Of a DNA stretch of 44,636 nucleotides, positions 25,001 to 33,618 are shown piece by piece (the first letter of the stretch is position 1; each line of letters starts with the position of its first letter). A program made the translations under genes and the position numbers. The DNA is taken from positions 1-44,636 of IMG/VR virus record IMGVR_UViG_3300030095_003343. One strand, written 5' to 3'. This stretch comes from a virus (lineage: Duplodnaviria; Caudoviricetes). Below the pieces are notes generated by a model. That model worked only from the letters and a program-made list of their open reading frames with translations, was not told the origin of the DNA and did no database searches.

Positions 25001-27394
25001 AAGCTCAGGTCGAGTTACATTGGGAGCAATGACACGCGAAACTTCCCTCACGGAAAGCTCAGGGATACCGACAGGGCCTCTGCCTCGCTCTCTGATAGCA
25101 TCGACTTCTGCTAGATAATCCTTCCTCGCCTGATCGGCTTCCGTCTTAGTATCGAATGTCCCAAGGCGTTCTAGCCGCCCACCACCTCTCTTCACCTCAA
25201 CAGCGTATTTCTTTTTCCGGGCCTTGGGTGTGCGCGGAACAACTATCCGACCAGAACCATCGCCAGCAATGTCACCCCTGGCGACAGCCTCATCCAAAGC
25301 ATACTGGTAGTATCGGTCATTCCTAGACTTAGTGATCTCCTTCCACTTCTCAAGGTCAGGGTAGTAGCCATTATTCTCTAGTCTCGCGTACCGTAGTACG
25401 GAGTCATAGTCACTCTGAGGAAGAATACTATCGATATCATCAGCAAGAGCAGTACCAGCAAGAGATTCCCTGAAACTCTGAGCAGCTTCAACATCGACAC
25501 TCACTTTACCCCTACGAGCGCCGATGCCTTCCTTTGTCACTAAACCAAGGTCATCCAACCTATTACGGTAAGAAGAAGCAATTTCAGAAAGCTCTTCGTC
25601 TGTCGCAAGACGTTGATCAACTCCAAGAAGATTCGTCTCCTCCAAGGCGTTGAGTATGTTTTGGTCAGAGAGTTCCTTCTTATTACTATTAAGAATGGAC
25701 TCCACGAGATTGAGAGCATCACCCTTGGAGGCAATGGCTAAGCTAATCTCTGCCTCCTGCACAGGGAGTGCCGAGATGGCTTGGTAAACCTGCTCAAGCT
25801 CTTGGGGATTTAAATCATCCAGCCTCGCTTTACCCACCAGTCTTCTGGTAAAGGAGTGGAACCCCATATCCCTAGACTTGATGTTGCGGGATTCAGCAGC
25901 TTGGTGAACATCCTCGGCAGTGCGGCCAGACTCTGTTAAGGGAAGTGCTTGCTCAAGGAACTGAGCGCGCTGCTCAACAGCTTGTTGCTCAAGCTTCAGA
26001 GCCTCTTCTTCCTCAGCCCTCTTCGCCGAATGCTTCTGGATCTCAAGGATCTCAGTTCTGGCATTCTCAACTGCCCTTGCTGCCTTGTTTTCCTTGGAAG
26101 CTTGGTACTTGGCATTGACCGAACCAACACCACCAAAGAACATGGAAGGCCCGATTGCAGTTAGTGCAATCTGGATGTACTCGCGAGCAGCCTCTTCGTT
26201 AGCAGGGCTGATCGGTTCACCAGCAGCAAGTCTTTCCAAAGCCTGCTGCCCAACTTCAGCAACCTCTTCCTCGGCCATCGTGGCAACAAAGCGACGGAGA
26301 GGAGTGAGGTTATCAATCCTTTCAATCTGCTCTGCCAGAGTTCTCATGGCAGTTCTTTTACCAGAACTACTGAGTGTCTTACCTACGTTTCCTACTACGA
26401 GAGATCCACCAGCAAGGAGAACCATCATAGATTCGAGTGCGGTCTGGCCTCCAGCGATAGCTATCTGACCCAGGACATCGTAGTCCTCTTCAGTCAGTTC
26501 TTCTCCGCGCTCCTCAGATTCCTGTATGGATCTTTGGAGATTGCTAGCGAGATAGTTAGTCGTCTGGGTTCCGGTGTAACCCAAAGTTCTTCCGACAGTT
26601 CTACCAATAGATGCAGCCTTATAAGCCTTGCTTGCACGGTTGGCAACATTGAAGGCACCAAGCCCCCTGCCGAGAACCGTCCCTACCCCGGTGCCCACAA
26701 CAGCACCTACAGGGCCACCAAGCATCGCTCCAGCAACCGTTCCCATCCTGCCGAGGACAGCGCCACCAACCAGGGAGGGAGCCATGTATCCAATGCTCTG
26801 ACCAGTGGTCTCAGTGGCAAGCTCAAGCCACTTAGCTGTGGCCGATAGTAGACCCTCATCATCATATGCCTTAGAGACATCTTCTAGAGTGGTGAGCTTT
26901 CCGGCACGCTCTGCCATCCGCTCATCAGCCTGCTTGACTCTAGCCTTGCCAGCCTCAAAAGCGTCACCGTCTCCAGTGACCCCACCATATAGAGCTTGCG
27001 CTCCACCGGGGATACCCTCGATGGAGCCCATGAGCCCACTGTAAAGAGAGGAGAAGAAAGTCCCTTCTTCTGGAGCAGGAGCAGGAGGAGTGTATGCCTC
27101 AAATGAAGATGGGAACTGTTCTCTGGCTAATCGACTCGCCTCTGCCCTACTAACACCAGCAGGAACATTCATCACAGAGTAGTCAGGTAACTGCAACTGG
27201 TAAGAGTTCTGAGGAATGTCCTCCTCAACTTCTTCAGTTACAGTCTCTTCTACATCCATAGTCCCCGGTTGGAGGAAAGGAAACTCAGACAGAACAGCAG
27301 AGCCAGGATCCTGACCAGCGGCTATCGCCTGCCGCTCAAGTTCCTCAGCCCTTTTGCGTTGCATCTCAGTCAGTGAAGTAAGGTCAAAAGACAA
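19052..27394 (-). CDS. Large polyvalent internal virion protein (zincin peptidase, GNAT, PBECR-like, LPD38), 2780 aa
   Basis: DHELYH...EEAIA (about 24240); GNAT VVAPEHQGSGVGRSL (about 23120-23400); FGERHIERH...VTTAY (about 22060-22450); C-terminal NFSRRG, IPFLNARIQG, IPIPFEAG, NYNFFTGQPIVP typical of LPD38 regions. Confidence 0.85.
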   Translation of the reverse strand: MSFDLTSLTEMQRKRAEELERQAIAAGQDPGSAVLSEFPFLQPGTMDVEETVTEEVEEDIPQNSYQLQLPDYSVMNVPAGVSRAEASRLAREQFPSSFEAYTPPAPAPEEGTFFSSLYSGLMGSIEGIPGGAQALYGGVTGDGDAFEAGKARVKQADERMAERAGKLTTLEDVSKAYDDEGLLSATAKWLELATETTGQSIGYMAPSLVGGAVLGRMGTVAGAMLGGPVGAVVGTGVGTVLGRGLGAFNVANRASKAYKAASIGRTVGRTLGYTGTQTTNYLASNLQRSIQESEERGEELTEEDYDVLGQIAIAGGQTALESMMVLLAGGSLVVGNVGKTLSSSGKRTAMRTLAEQIERIDNLTPLRRFVATMAEEEVAEVGQQALERLAAGEPISPANEEAAREYIQIALTAIGPSMFFGGVGSVNAKYQASKENKAARAVENARTEILEIQKHSAKRAEEEEALKLEQQAVEQRAQFLEQALPLTESGRTAEDVHQAAESRNIKSRDMGFHSFTRRLVGKARLDDLNPQELEQVYQAISALPVQEAEISLAIASKGDALNLVESILNSNKKELSDQNILNALEETNLLGVDQRLATDEELSEIASSYRNRLDDLGLVTKEGIGARRGKVSVDVEAAQSFRESLAGTALADDIDSILPQSDYDSVLRYARLENNGYYPDLEKWKEITKSRNDRYYQYALDEAVARGDIAGDGSGRIVVPRTPKARKKKYAVEVKRGGGRLERLGTFDTKTEADQARKDYLAEVDAIRERGRGPVGIPELSVREVSRVIAPNVTRPELAAFGPKGEPELVSEYEYEVKKSKEWVVKDRDGGILSYHKTPAEASRAIKRRKKGGQKNVSSVPSKDDIFRVVEYETGLESGKKTRARDVPVKKNDGILTEAEANAEAQRLRDKASGGAESFGRRVSEDGSLEEGLGLSAKDLAELREDPVAFAEKKFPISEDVPAESGSASEDLGKEVKKYLGKDRGLDSFRIELVNTLVETDENGKEIPGTGGDARYEPISGIIKIALDAPSLNAPGLSFEEKVAEANKLVDHELYHWAERSGLVTRGERNVLARAAARTPIKPSVLNGLNQAPPEAIRDYLNDNGLNALPSDFTYQQLADVFYKKQGEAESWIRDDYIEEAIAFMAQDFGADKRNISGKPANIFQKMGRAIVNTGNAFRGAGFRSSDEVFQILYGDTFYQRLERDMMRDAYYKKRRHQDEYKRLIAKITKAAYVDQTLQPSTVRALERTGAVAPTAELAALLAGVDQSVNAEEGGVEGQAEAATGRAARSRRRAADEVTGRPVESVLDEYGEFSDEAVGAAAHALAREADMGITRDRDLSSVVRDENGEVIGAQWRSFDGDNYQFDVVVAPEHQGSGVGRSLIDDGIAGFDEYLDFNPDATMRLSVTSDVSEAALSRRGFEVVGRENRIKVMERTTRAEAPTPRFRLKSDAIEDTEVVWSPEAVYRSGQSADDFEGKRGGVRGNPFDPEEGFILEMDPTGFGEDLRYLDDNMSTPESLVVRGNARNVKTIYYNQDFWSGGNFEELQKLRKAFPEADVAYIKLDAETEKVMYDAPSGDDLDLIDQANRAEAPTASTDLKTGRKSLTRQKFKRDPAQDNMASPLDKDKPTLPPYNAVPEGRNPNQILKALTWGNVSISPVGKFTGNKRVGIPVFIPAGSADLFGERHIERHDADIERNTPYANSEEFLSGFFRQLKNSPKDLSSGEISAHYDPWGKKVKFFWEGEGFDSPAVVVMQYSDTPTEYLSGPRYTVTTAYANENYSANSPDGSFASGPREGIAAEPESVRDFYDVNESFGSPFTGRRAASRLAAVSSAGEQKAIDAYMSPGGMRQRGNKQSFLDSITSAFRTYQDVPFWEEFRYQYIDKYDAIFRNEKAAAAKLRKEGKLGLTIPEMASTSAYAMMMLKDRAGAFLEAMLKYGTIDFTTIEGGDWMDGTVMVNDMGLENYADDALIFVPGEGVVRRRVEKPGVYEGNGGLIKILSAISRMNSSNVEKFFTYGRAVRAYRLDKQGKPVPNQFKGENMDNALQIGYDNPEIAIAFANLQKWNKSLVDFSVKTGVLNDQQAEIWLEYADYVPFYLDTTGEMEGELREKFRRASNSEDDFKMLNSMLPKRPSKKYRGFDEGNLDDPIESTIKNSMALINEGMKNVASSRFLRNMVVTGDARRLDETNFADRKVEHSAVSVYENGKTVRYYVKDPFLHDVMVGSFDGQGPLEGITKVFALPAKILREGVTRMPDFLLANTTRDAILSWLTHGTSSNPISATTDSIKRIFNDTMAREEGGKSTQQRLTKAGAVGGLELKDVDLRGIEKRFSRKISSAGSVPEILTKTWDLLGDVGNFSESSARQRVFERTYDRELIRFRKQGKEKGLTGEALTQYADTHATGQAAFQAMEVLNFSRRGNSPMLRFLTATIPFLNARIQGMDVLYRNAYNGENTLGVDPDEAKRALMHRASLVFGAGVLYSLMHGIDDDDFENQAEYRRNDNWLISLGPLATEDNKYAAIPIPFEAGILLKVLPEQLVRLALGESTGEGLRAVRHSIANTLAFNPLPQAIRPLVEQTTNYNFFTGQPIVPFYMEKMDQAQQYRGSTSALARVTGNLLPEWAGISPLEIDNLMRGYIGSGWNYIDLVTDIVINRPAFGLTDNVGELVSQKPFFRRFLANNLGRGYAEDYYRMKDEVSRVVTTVNKLKTRDPSRVNEYRRENSEALRARSYVREVDKALKVIRAQRELIRVSGLSREEKGERLRNLRRREIRIFSRMPKSFGGQG
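22620..23091 (-). repeat. 22-nt direct repeat (21/22 identical), 450 bp apart, inside the giant gene
   Basis: GTGGGGGCTTCGGCGCGG(T/G)TGG on + at 22620-22641 and 23070-23091; both copies encode RAEAPT. Confidence 0.9.
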
Positions 27395-27403
27395 GTCTAT
27401 CCC

Positions 27404-29227
27404 CTAAGGAGTACCGGGAACGGTAAGATTCACAGTGGGCGGTCTTCCACCAAGTGTAAGTAGCTGCCGTTCTAAGGCTAATATCTGAGCATTGATCTGA
27501 TTCTGCTCATCTACCTCAGGCCCCATCCCCAATCGAGACCGAAGGCCATCGATCTTAGCTTGAATAGCGTCAGACGTTTCCCTTAGCTCCGTCTGAGACA
27601 TTCTGGCATTAGCACCATACACTCGGGAAGTCACGTCCCCGATAGCGCGTCTATGCAGGGAACGACTATTGGCATCAGCAGCTTCCCTGGCATCCGCGGC
27701 TTTCGCCAAGGATACCAAAGCAGCAACCCGGTTCTCGTTGTAATCTTGCATCTGGCTCGCGCGGAACCGCTCTCTCTCCTCTATGGCTTTTATTCGCGCC
27801 TGACGGGCTCCAAGTATGCTCCTGTTCCGTTCCGCCTCTGCTGCCGCACCAAACTGCGCCCTCTGATCCCTGCTTTGCATCAAAGCTTGTCGGGAAGCAA
27901 GTCGGGTCTTGTTGTATTCCCTTTGGGCAGCAGCATCATCCCCGTATACCTTGCCGATACCGCCAGCCCCAGCGGATAGACCTTCAGCAAACGTAGGGGC
28001 ACCTAAAAGTCCTTGGCCTAACGCCATAAGGGCTCTGCCCCTAGTGACATCAGGATTAGGAGCCGGGTTCAGTTCTTCAAGCATCGCCTCAAACTTGTCG
28101 AGGTCGCTGTAATCTGGTTTTGTAGGTTTGATTTCAGTAAGCATTTTATTGAAATCATCGAGTTTGGTGGAGTACTTCACATCAGATGGGGATGTCTCGA
28201 CAATTTCCTTGAGGGAAGCAAGGTCTGTTTTAAACGACGGAGGCGTGTATTCACCGATAGATTCCTCTACTTCCGCGTAAAGATCCTTAAAGGAAGGTGG
28301 ATCTCCTTCACCAGTAAAAACAGGAAGGAGATCTTGACTAGCAGTAGCTACCCCAGATCCCTCAGGAGTATCGAGACGTTTAACTCTAGGTGTCAAAGGG
28401 ACAAGAACTTCTTCCTCTTCCTCCCTTGAAACCTCCGGAACCGAAACACCTAAATCTTTTTTCAACGCATCTCTTCGTGACCTCTCCGCCTGTCCACGCT
28501 CTTCCGAAGCATCCAGCATCCTTCCAACCGAAGGGCCAAGATTAAAAAGGCGAGCAGAAGGACTGTAAAAACCTTCTTCACGTCTTGGCCTAGTGCCGGG
28601 TTCGATCAAAGCAGAAAGTTCTTGAACCTGTCTAGCCATTTCCGGGGTCCTCAACCCGGCATCTCTCGCTCTCTTCAATTCCTTAAGTCTTCTGAAAACC
28701 TCTTTTTCATCAGCGCTACCCGGCTCAACAATTCGGCTTAAGCCTAAAATACCGCCGCCGCGCTGCGTTCCACGGATCGGCCGTCCCAGTTTCATGACAT
28801 CACCATCATTAAATCCACGGACAACACCACCATCCCTCATCATCTGCATGGGCATGCCCTGCATAGGCATATCCATAGGAGGCCCCATCTCAGGAGGCAT
28901 ACCTTGCATAGCCATTTCCTGAGGAGGCATACCTTGAGGAGCGCCCATACCTGGGGGCATCATCCCTGAAGCTCCCATGTCTGGAGGCATCATCTCTGGA
29001 GGCATGGCCTGACCTACGCCGGAAAACTTGGCGAGCATCTCTTCAGCCATGGTGTTAGTTGGAGCTTGAGCTTGCTGTTCAGCAAACCTTTCTCGCATAT
29101 CCGCACGCCTGTTCAACTCGGTAAACACAAGAAACTGTGGATACTGACCAGAAGGGTTTTCCAATTCTCTTGCGAGAAAATCATCAGGTAGACCCTTCAG
29201 ATCATCTTCTTGCCGGATGATGCTCAT
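27404..29227 (-). CDS. Internal virion/ejection protein, 607 aa
   Basis: N-terminal DDLKGLPD..L..E...PSG.YPQFLV..EL.RR; M/P/G/Q-rich tract; MRDGGVV motif; position in the ejection cluster. Confidence 0.7.
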   Translation of the reverse strand: MSIIRQEDDLKGLPDDFLARELENPSGQYPQFLVFTELNRRADMRERFAEQQAQAPTNTMAEEMLAKFSGVGQAMPPEMMPPDMGASGMMPPGMGAPQGMPPQEMAMQGMPPEMGPPMDMPMQGMPMQMMRDGGVVRGFNDGDVMKLGRPIRGTQRGGGILGLSRIVEPGSADEKEVFRRLKELKRARDAGLRTPEMARQVQELSALIEPGTRPRREEGFYSPSARLFNLGPSVGRMLDASEERGQAERSRRDALKKDLGVSVPEVSREEEEEVLVPLTPRVKRLDTPEGSGVATASQDLLPVFTGEGDPPSFKDLYAEVEESIGEYTPPSFKTDLASLKEIVETSPSDVKYSTKLDDFNKMLTEIKPTKPDYSDLDKFEAMLEELNPAPNPDVTRGRALMALGQGLLGAPTFAEGLSAGAGGIGKVYGDDAAAQREYNKTRLASRQALMQSRDQRAQFGAAAEAERNRSILGARQARIKAIEERERFRASQMQDYNENRVAALVSLAKAADAREAADANSRSLHRRAIGDVTSRVYGANARMSQTELRETSDAIQAKIDGLRSRLGMGPEVDEQNQINAQILALERQLLTLGGRPPTVNLTVPGTP

Positions 29228-30279
29228 TACTTTCTCCCTGCCAAATACGCGCCACCAAGAGTGCTAGCGGCACCCAAGCCTGTCTGTAAAAGACCAGGGC
29301 CAGGAGTTCTAACGTAAGCATTAGCCTGAGTAGGAACACCAGCAAGAATACCAGATAGCCATTCCATCTGATCTCTCGGGTAATTGAATTCCCTCATGTA
29401 CTCGTCGAATGCAAGGTCTCGCATTGCCTGATCCATCATTTGCTGCTCTCTGCCTGCGGCACTCATAGCATCCCGCCTTTGCGCTTCTCTAGTCATAGAA
29501 GCTGTATCGAGATCGGAGTATCGGCCACCCATATCAGCGAATGCCTGCGCTTGCCGAAGGATGTTTGCCTGATTCTCGAAAGCAGCATTCTGCCGCTCCT
29601 GCGCGGCACGGAAAGCAGACTCATCACCCATTCTGGTAGCAGTGATGCCAGCGGTGCGATCTCTTTCAAACTGTTCTTGGGCATCTCGATACGCAGACTC
29701 GGATCCCCTCGCTTGAATATCTGACATCACACGACCCTGCTGGGATCGTGCAACAGCCTCATCGACGGCTTCTCGGTAACCGCCCGTTGCACCAGACGCA
29801 ATACGTTCCGCATCGGATCTATTTTGCTGTCTCTTGAACTCATCAGTCGCAGCCAGCATCTGCTGATCTACAACGGACTGCGTGTAAGGGTTCATGTATT
29901 CCTGAGCTGCGTCTTGGTCAAAAGTCCCAAAGTCAAACCCCCGTTCTTGATATGTAGGATTTATAGTCTGCATGCTAGACAACCCCCCCATCGCAGCATC
30001 CATGGCACCAGACGTTGAGCCACCAAACCTATCACCCTGTTGGAATGCGTTAAACGCAGACTCCTGGGCTCTTTGCTGATATGGACTAAACCCAGCAAAA
30101 CGAGGGTCCACCTTATCTACATAGGTTTCGGAAACTTGGTCAAAACCAAAAGGTTCACCACCTCGTCCACCATACGCATAACTAGATGCTTCATCCGCAA
30201 GCTCCATCAAGTGGCCCTGAAGCCAAGGAGCATACGGAGAAGCAGTTGTCACAGACTTACCCGGTGAACCACCACCCAT
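29227..30279 (-). CDS. DNA ejection/pilot protein, 350 aa
   Basis: MGGGS start, YMNPYTQSVV, A/Q-rich helices, YPRDQMEWLSGIL, Gly-rich hydrophobic C-terminus. Confidence 0.75.
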   Translation of the reverse strand: MGGGSPGKSVTTASPYAPWLQGHLMELADEASSYAYGGRGGEPFGFDQVSETYVDKVDPRFAGFSPYQQRAQESAFNAFQQGDRFGGSTSGAMDAAMGGLSSMQTINPTYQERGFDFGTFDQDAAQEYMNPYTQSVVDQQMLAATDEFKRQQNRSDAERIASGATGGYREAVDEAVARSQQGRVMSDIQARGSESAYRDAQEQFERDRTAGITATRMGDESAFRAAQERQNAAFENQANILRQAQAFADMGGRYSDLDTASMTREAQRRDAMSAAGREQQMMDQAMRDLAFDEYMREFNYPRDQMEWLSGILAGVPTQANAYVRTPGPGLLQTGLGAASTLGGAYLAGRK

Positions 30280-30281
30280 AA

Positions 30282-30734
30282 CTAAACCCTCATTGAAATC
30301 GAAACAGATGTGACATCAAACTCATGAAGACCATCAGACAATCTGTCGTCTTTGTTCTTGACACCATCAACTAAATTAAAATTACCTACTGCGATATTAA
30401 TATCTACTATCGCATTAATCTCAGAGCATCCTCGATCAGAGGCATGCTTCCTGAGTTCATTCATACCTTCTGTCTGATTGAGGAATAACCCGTCACCCGC
30501 GCACATCGTTATGAACATCTCGCAAGATTGATCTTTCCTAACAAGAACTTCGGTAACTAGTATTGCGGAGTTGTCGCCAGACTCCCCCAGCCAAAGCTCC
30601 ATTTCCCCATCGTAAATATCACGAACAACACCATCTATCCCTCCCGAATGAGGGTCTGTTCCTATGGCGTTGTGAAATTTAACAACATCAGATTCCCCAA
30701 GATCATGGGGATACACCTTTGACCATATAGGCAT
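30282..30734 (-). CDS. Hypothetical protein, possibly GNAT-like virion assembly factor
   Basis: ELWL..AILVTEV..CAG..A..RGCSEI pattern; position among ejection genes. Confidence 0.5.
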   Translation of the reverse strand: MPIWSKVYPHDLGESDVVKFHNAIGTDPHSGGIDGVVRDIYDGEMELWLGESGDNSAILVTEVLVRKDQSCEMFITMCAGDGLFLNQTEGMNELRKHASDRGCSEINAIVDINIAVGNFNLVDGVKNKDDRLSDGLHEFDVTSVSISMRV

Positions 30735-30737
30735 ATA

Positions 30738-31931
30738 TCAGACAGGCATCATCATTGAAGGGTCAACTGCCGGAGGCTGCTGCGGAGAACCATTTCGAGC
30801 CATCCGAACCGTCTCAATCATTTCCCGCATCCGCCTCGCGCCTGACCCAGTGTCTCCGTTGCCTATACCGGAGACGACATCTGCGGGAACCACATACTCA
30901 CCTTCAGACAAAGCAACCTGCTCCATGCCATCAATATTGCCGGGAATGGAATCGCTCATTCCGTCACTTTGAAATTCATCAACGCCTGTTTCTATGCTGC
31001 GAATAACATGATCTTGAAGACTCATAAGTTCTTCTTCTCCAAACACTTCCACGAATTTCTCGACAGCATCCTCTGGATTCGGGTGATGACCCTCAAGAGC
31101 AGCCTTTGCTTCAAGGACAATCCTGAGCATCTCAGTGTCAGTGCCGGAGGGGGTCTGGATAGACTCCTCTTCCATCATGGACACTTCTTCCAATCTGGGA
31201 TCCATCATTTCGCCACCGTCTTGATAACCCTTGATCAAGCCACCGTCTTTGTACCCACCGAAGTACCCGCCATACCCAAGACCTCCACCGTACATATTGC
31301 CGTATGGGTTGAGCGAAGCGCCCTGCGACATCTCTTTTAGACGTCCTCTCATCCACGGAGGCATCTGTGGTTGAGACATCCCATAGCCCATCCCTGACAT
31401 ACCCAACCCCTCATCCATCTGGCGAAGCTGGTTCATCAGAGAACTTCTCGCATCCATCATTTGCTGGCGTTGATTATTTCGATTAGTAATGGACTGATCA
31501 GACTCAATCATACTCGCCTGACCATCAGGATTAGCCTTGTTGTACTCCGCGAAATCAAGCGTAGTTACCATGCCATCATTGTTAAAATCGGAGAACGCAT
31601 CATAGTTAGCGTCTCCTTTCTTAGAGTTGAGAGATCCCTGAACGAAAGACTGACCGGTGTTAGCGACAGGGGCTCCAGTCCCAATCTGAGAAGCAGGGGC
31701 TGGCTGGTAAAACATTGGCTGTTGAATCGTACCACCAGGGTTGCCCGCGCCCATGCTCTGGCCCATGAAACCACCCTGCATCTGGTTTGCGAACCCAGGC
31801 TGATTGAACCCGGCTCTCCCAGAACCATAACTTTTGAAACCGTTGTTACTTCCGCGTCCGAAAAAACCCTTGTTTTGAAAGTTTGCCGCAGCAGCGGAGC
31901 CCATACTGCCCCTACTTGGTTGTCCACCCAT
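30738..31931 (-). CDS. Internal virion protein, 397 aa, with EF-hand/dockerin-like motif
   Basis: C-terminal DGMSDSIP...ALSEGEYVVPADVVSGIGNG..GA domain; KDGG and QDGG motifs; DFNNDGMVTTLDF. Confidence 0.75.
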   Translation of the reverse strand: MGGQPSRGSMGSAAAANFQNKGFFGRGSNNGFKSYGSGRAGFNQPGFANQMQGGFMGQSMGAGNPGGTIQQPMFYQPAPASQIGTGAPVANTGQSFVQGSLNSKKGDANYDAFSDFNNDGMVTTLDFAEYNKANPDGQASMIESDQSITNRNNQRQQMMDARSSLMNQLRQMDEGLGMSGMGYGMSQPQMPPWMRGRLKEMSQGASLNPYGNMYGGGLGYGGYFGGYKDGGLIKGYQDGGEMMDPRLEEVSMMEEESIQTPSGTDTEMLRIVLEAKAALEGHHPNPEDAVEKFVEVFGEEELMSLQDHVIRSIETGVDEFQSDGMSDSIPGNIDGMEQVALSEGEYVVPADVVSGIGNGDTGSGARRMREMIETVRMARNGSPQQPPAVDPSMMMPV

Positions 31932-31933
31932 GA

Positions 31934-33199
31934 CTATGATCTCCTTAGGGAGGCTAGACCACCCTGGTTAAATGGAAGCGTGACGCCTACTCTATGCATT
32001 CCACTAGGATTTACACTTGGTCTAATTTTAAACTGAACCGGTTCGTCACTCAACGGGTTATATTTCCCCGACATAGTCGGGTTCATAATTCTATTAGCGA
32101 GTGCTGAGAGTCGATTAATCTGATCCAGAAGAGAAGAATCATAGGACCGGTCCTTTTTCTCCTTACTTCCAGATCGCCTTCTCACCTCACCGCCATCTTT
32201 AGCTGCCCAACTAACACCAGATCCCGTAGTCCAAGACTTATCGTATGGACCCTTGTATCCAGCAAGATAGTCTTCCTCGTCAAACTCAGTGGGTAAAAGA
32301 GCCTCAGTCATCATGGCCGGGGAAAGCAAGTTAATAGGGTTAGAGGCAAACTCTTTAGCCTGTGCCCTCGCTGCTTCACCGAACTGTTCTTCCACGAAAG
32401 TGGATGGAACCTCCTCACCCAAAGCGGAAGCAGCTGCATCAAAATCGGCTGCGTCATATGGAAAAACTTCATTGGACACATTGATGGGGCCATCCGCAGG
32501 GGGTCCAGTGGGCACAGAGGGAACGGGATCTAGGGGGCCAGTGGAAGATGGAAGGTTACTGGAAAGGCCAGGATTTGGATCCAAGGCAAGAGGAGTAGGA
32601 GGCCCCGTAGGAATTTGAAGTGCAGGATTGTTTGCCAATGCATTGTCTAGAGAAGGCTGAGCAAATAGTTCACCCATTCCAGCGTCAATACTGGCATCGA
32701 CGGGATTAACAGCGGCCTGCGCGATTTGGTCAGTCAAGGTATTACCTGCTGTGTCTGCTGCGGCTTGAGCCGCAGCATCGACAGTGCCTGCTGTCACTGC
32801 TTCAGTAGCGCCTGCTGTCACTGCTTCAGTACCACTAGTAGTAGCCGCACTAGTAGCCGCAGTGCTACCCCCAGCGCCAAGCACTGAGCCTAATCCAGCA
32901 GTCACTCCACTCGTAACCCCGCCAATTGCAGCGCCTTGGAGAATTCCTTGCCAAAGAGGAATGTTCTTTGACTTGGCCGTAACCCCTCCGCTGATAGCAC
33001 CAATCCCCATGCCGATAAGAATCGGGAGAAATGCAAATGCTTCGGGTTGACCTGTCTTGGGATTAGTCGGCAGTTCACCAGAGGGAAGCAATGATCCCAG
33101 CCCCGCAAGCTCTGCTTCATTAACATGAAGTATGCGGGTATCTCCGAAGCGACCAGCCTCGGAAAGATCCTTTGCCATCTTCTCGTATTTTTTATTCAT
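31934..33199 (-). CDS. Internal virion protein, 421 aa
   Basis: GRFGDTRILHVN..E...LPTNPKTGQPEAF domain, G/A-rich hydrophobic segment, KDGG and NQGG motifs; 24-nt-period TEAVTAG duplication at 32786-32831. Confidence 0.75.
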   Translation of the reverse strand: MNKKYEKMAKDLSEAGRFGDTRILHVNEAELAGLGSLLPSGELPTNPKTGQPEAFAFLPILIGMGIGAISGGVTAKSKNIPLWQGILQGAAIGGVTSGVTAGLGSVLGAGGSTAATSAATTSGTEAVTAGATEAVTAGTVDAAAQAAADTAGNTLTDQIAQAAVNPVDASIDAGMGELFAQPSLDNALANNPALQIPTGPPTPLALDPNPGLSSNLPSSTGPLDPVPSVPTGPPADGPINVSNEVFPYDAADFDAAASALGEEVPSTFVEEQFGEAARAQAKEFASNPINLLSPAMMTEALLPTEFDEEDYLAGYKGPYDKSWTTGSGVSWAAKDGGEVRRRSGSKEKKDRSYDSSLLDQINRLSALANRIMNPTMSGKYNPLSDEPVQFKIRPSVNPSGMHRVGVTLPFNQGGLASLRRS

Positions 33200-33207
33200 A
33201 GTAATTC

Positions 33208-33615
33208 CTAAGAAGGCCCGTAGCCCGTGGACATCTCGACGCCAAAGGCAGTGATGTAAAGATTCCCGCCAGCATCTACTTCACAAACAAAATTAAGAAC
33301 AGATTCAGGCGGCAGAGTCATATTCATATTCAAAACAGAATTCTGACCGTTATAGAAATAAAGACCGGTCATTAAATTCTGCGCTGTCGCACCAGAGTTA
33401 CTTAAAGTAAGTTTCCCTGTCATGAGCTGGGCATTAGTGCCGACATAAGAAAACACTACAGACGTGACCAGGGTCTGCACCTGTTGAGAAACAGCCTTAG
33501 GAGAAACTTCCACCGAGCCATAAGAGGTAGATGAAGCAGCCGGGACTGTGTAAAGAGCAGTGGTCCCGGTAGAATCAATATCTGCTTGACCGAGTATTTT
33601 ATATGAATCAGACAT
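33208..33615 (-). CDS. Small beta-rich virion protein, 135 aa
   Basis: YKILGQ..LYTVPA...AFGVEM pattern; structural cluster. Confidence 0.65.
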   Translation of the reverse strand: MSDSYKILGQADIDSTGTTALYTVPAASSTSYGSVEVSPKAVSQQVQTLVTSVVFSYVGTNAQLMTGKLTLSNSGATAQNLMTGLYFYNGQNSVLNMNMTLPPESVLNFVCEVDAGGNLYITAFGVEMSTGYGPS

Positions 33616-33618
33616 AAA

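Noticed and set aside
32786-32861. Short tandem repeats (TEAVTAG x2, TAGTAGCCGCA x2)
   Set aside because: Ordinary in-frame slippage in a low-complexity A/T/G-rich protein linker.
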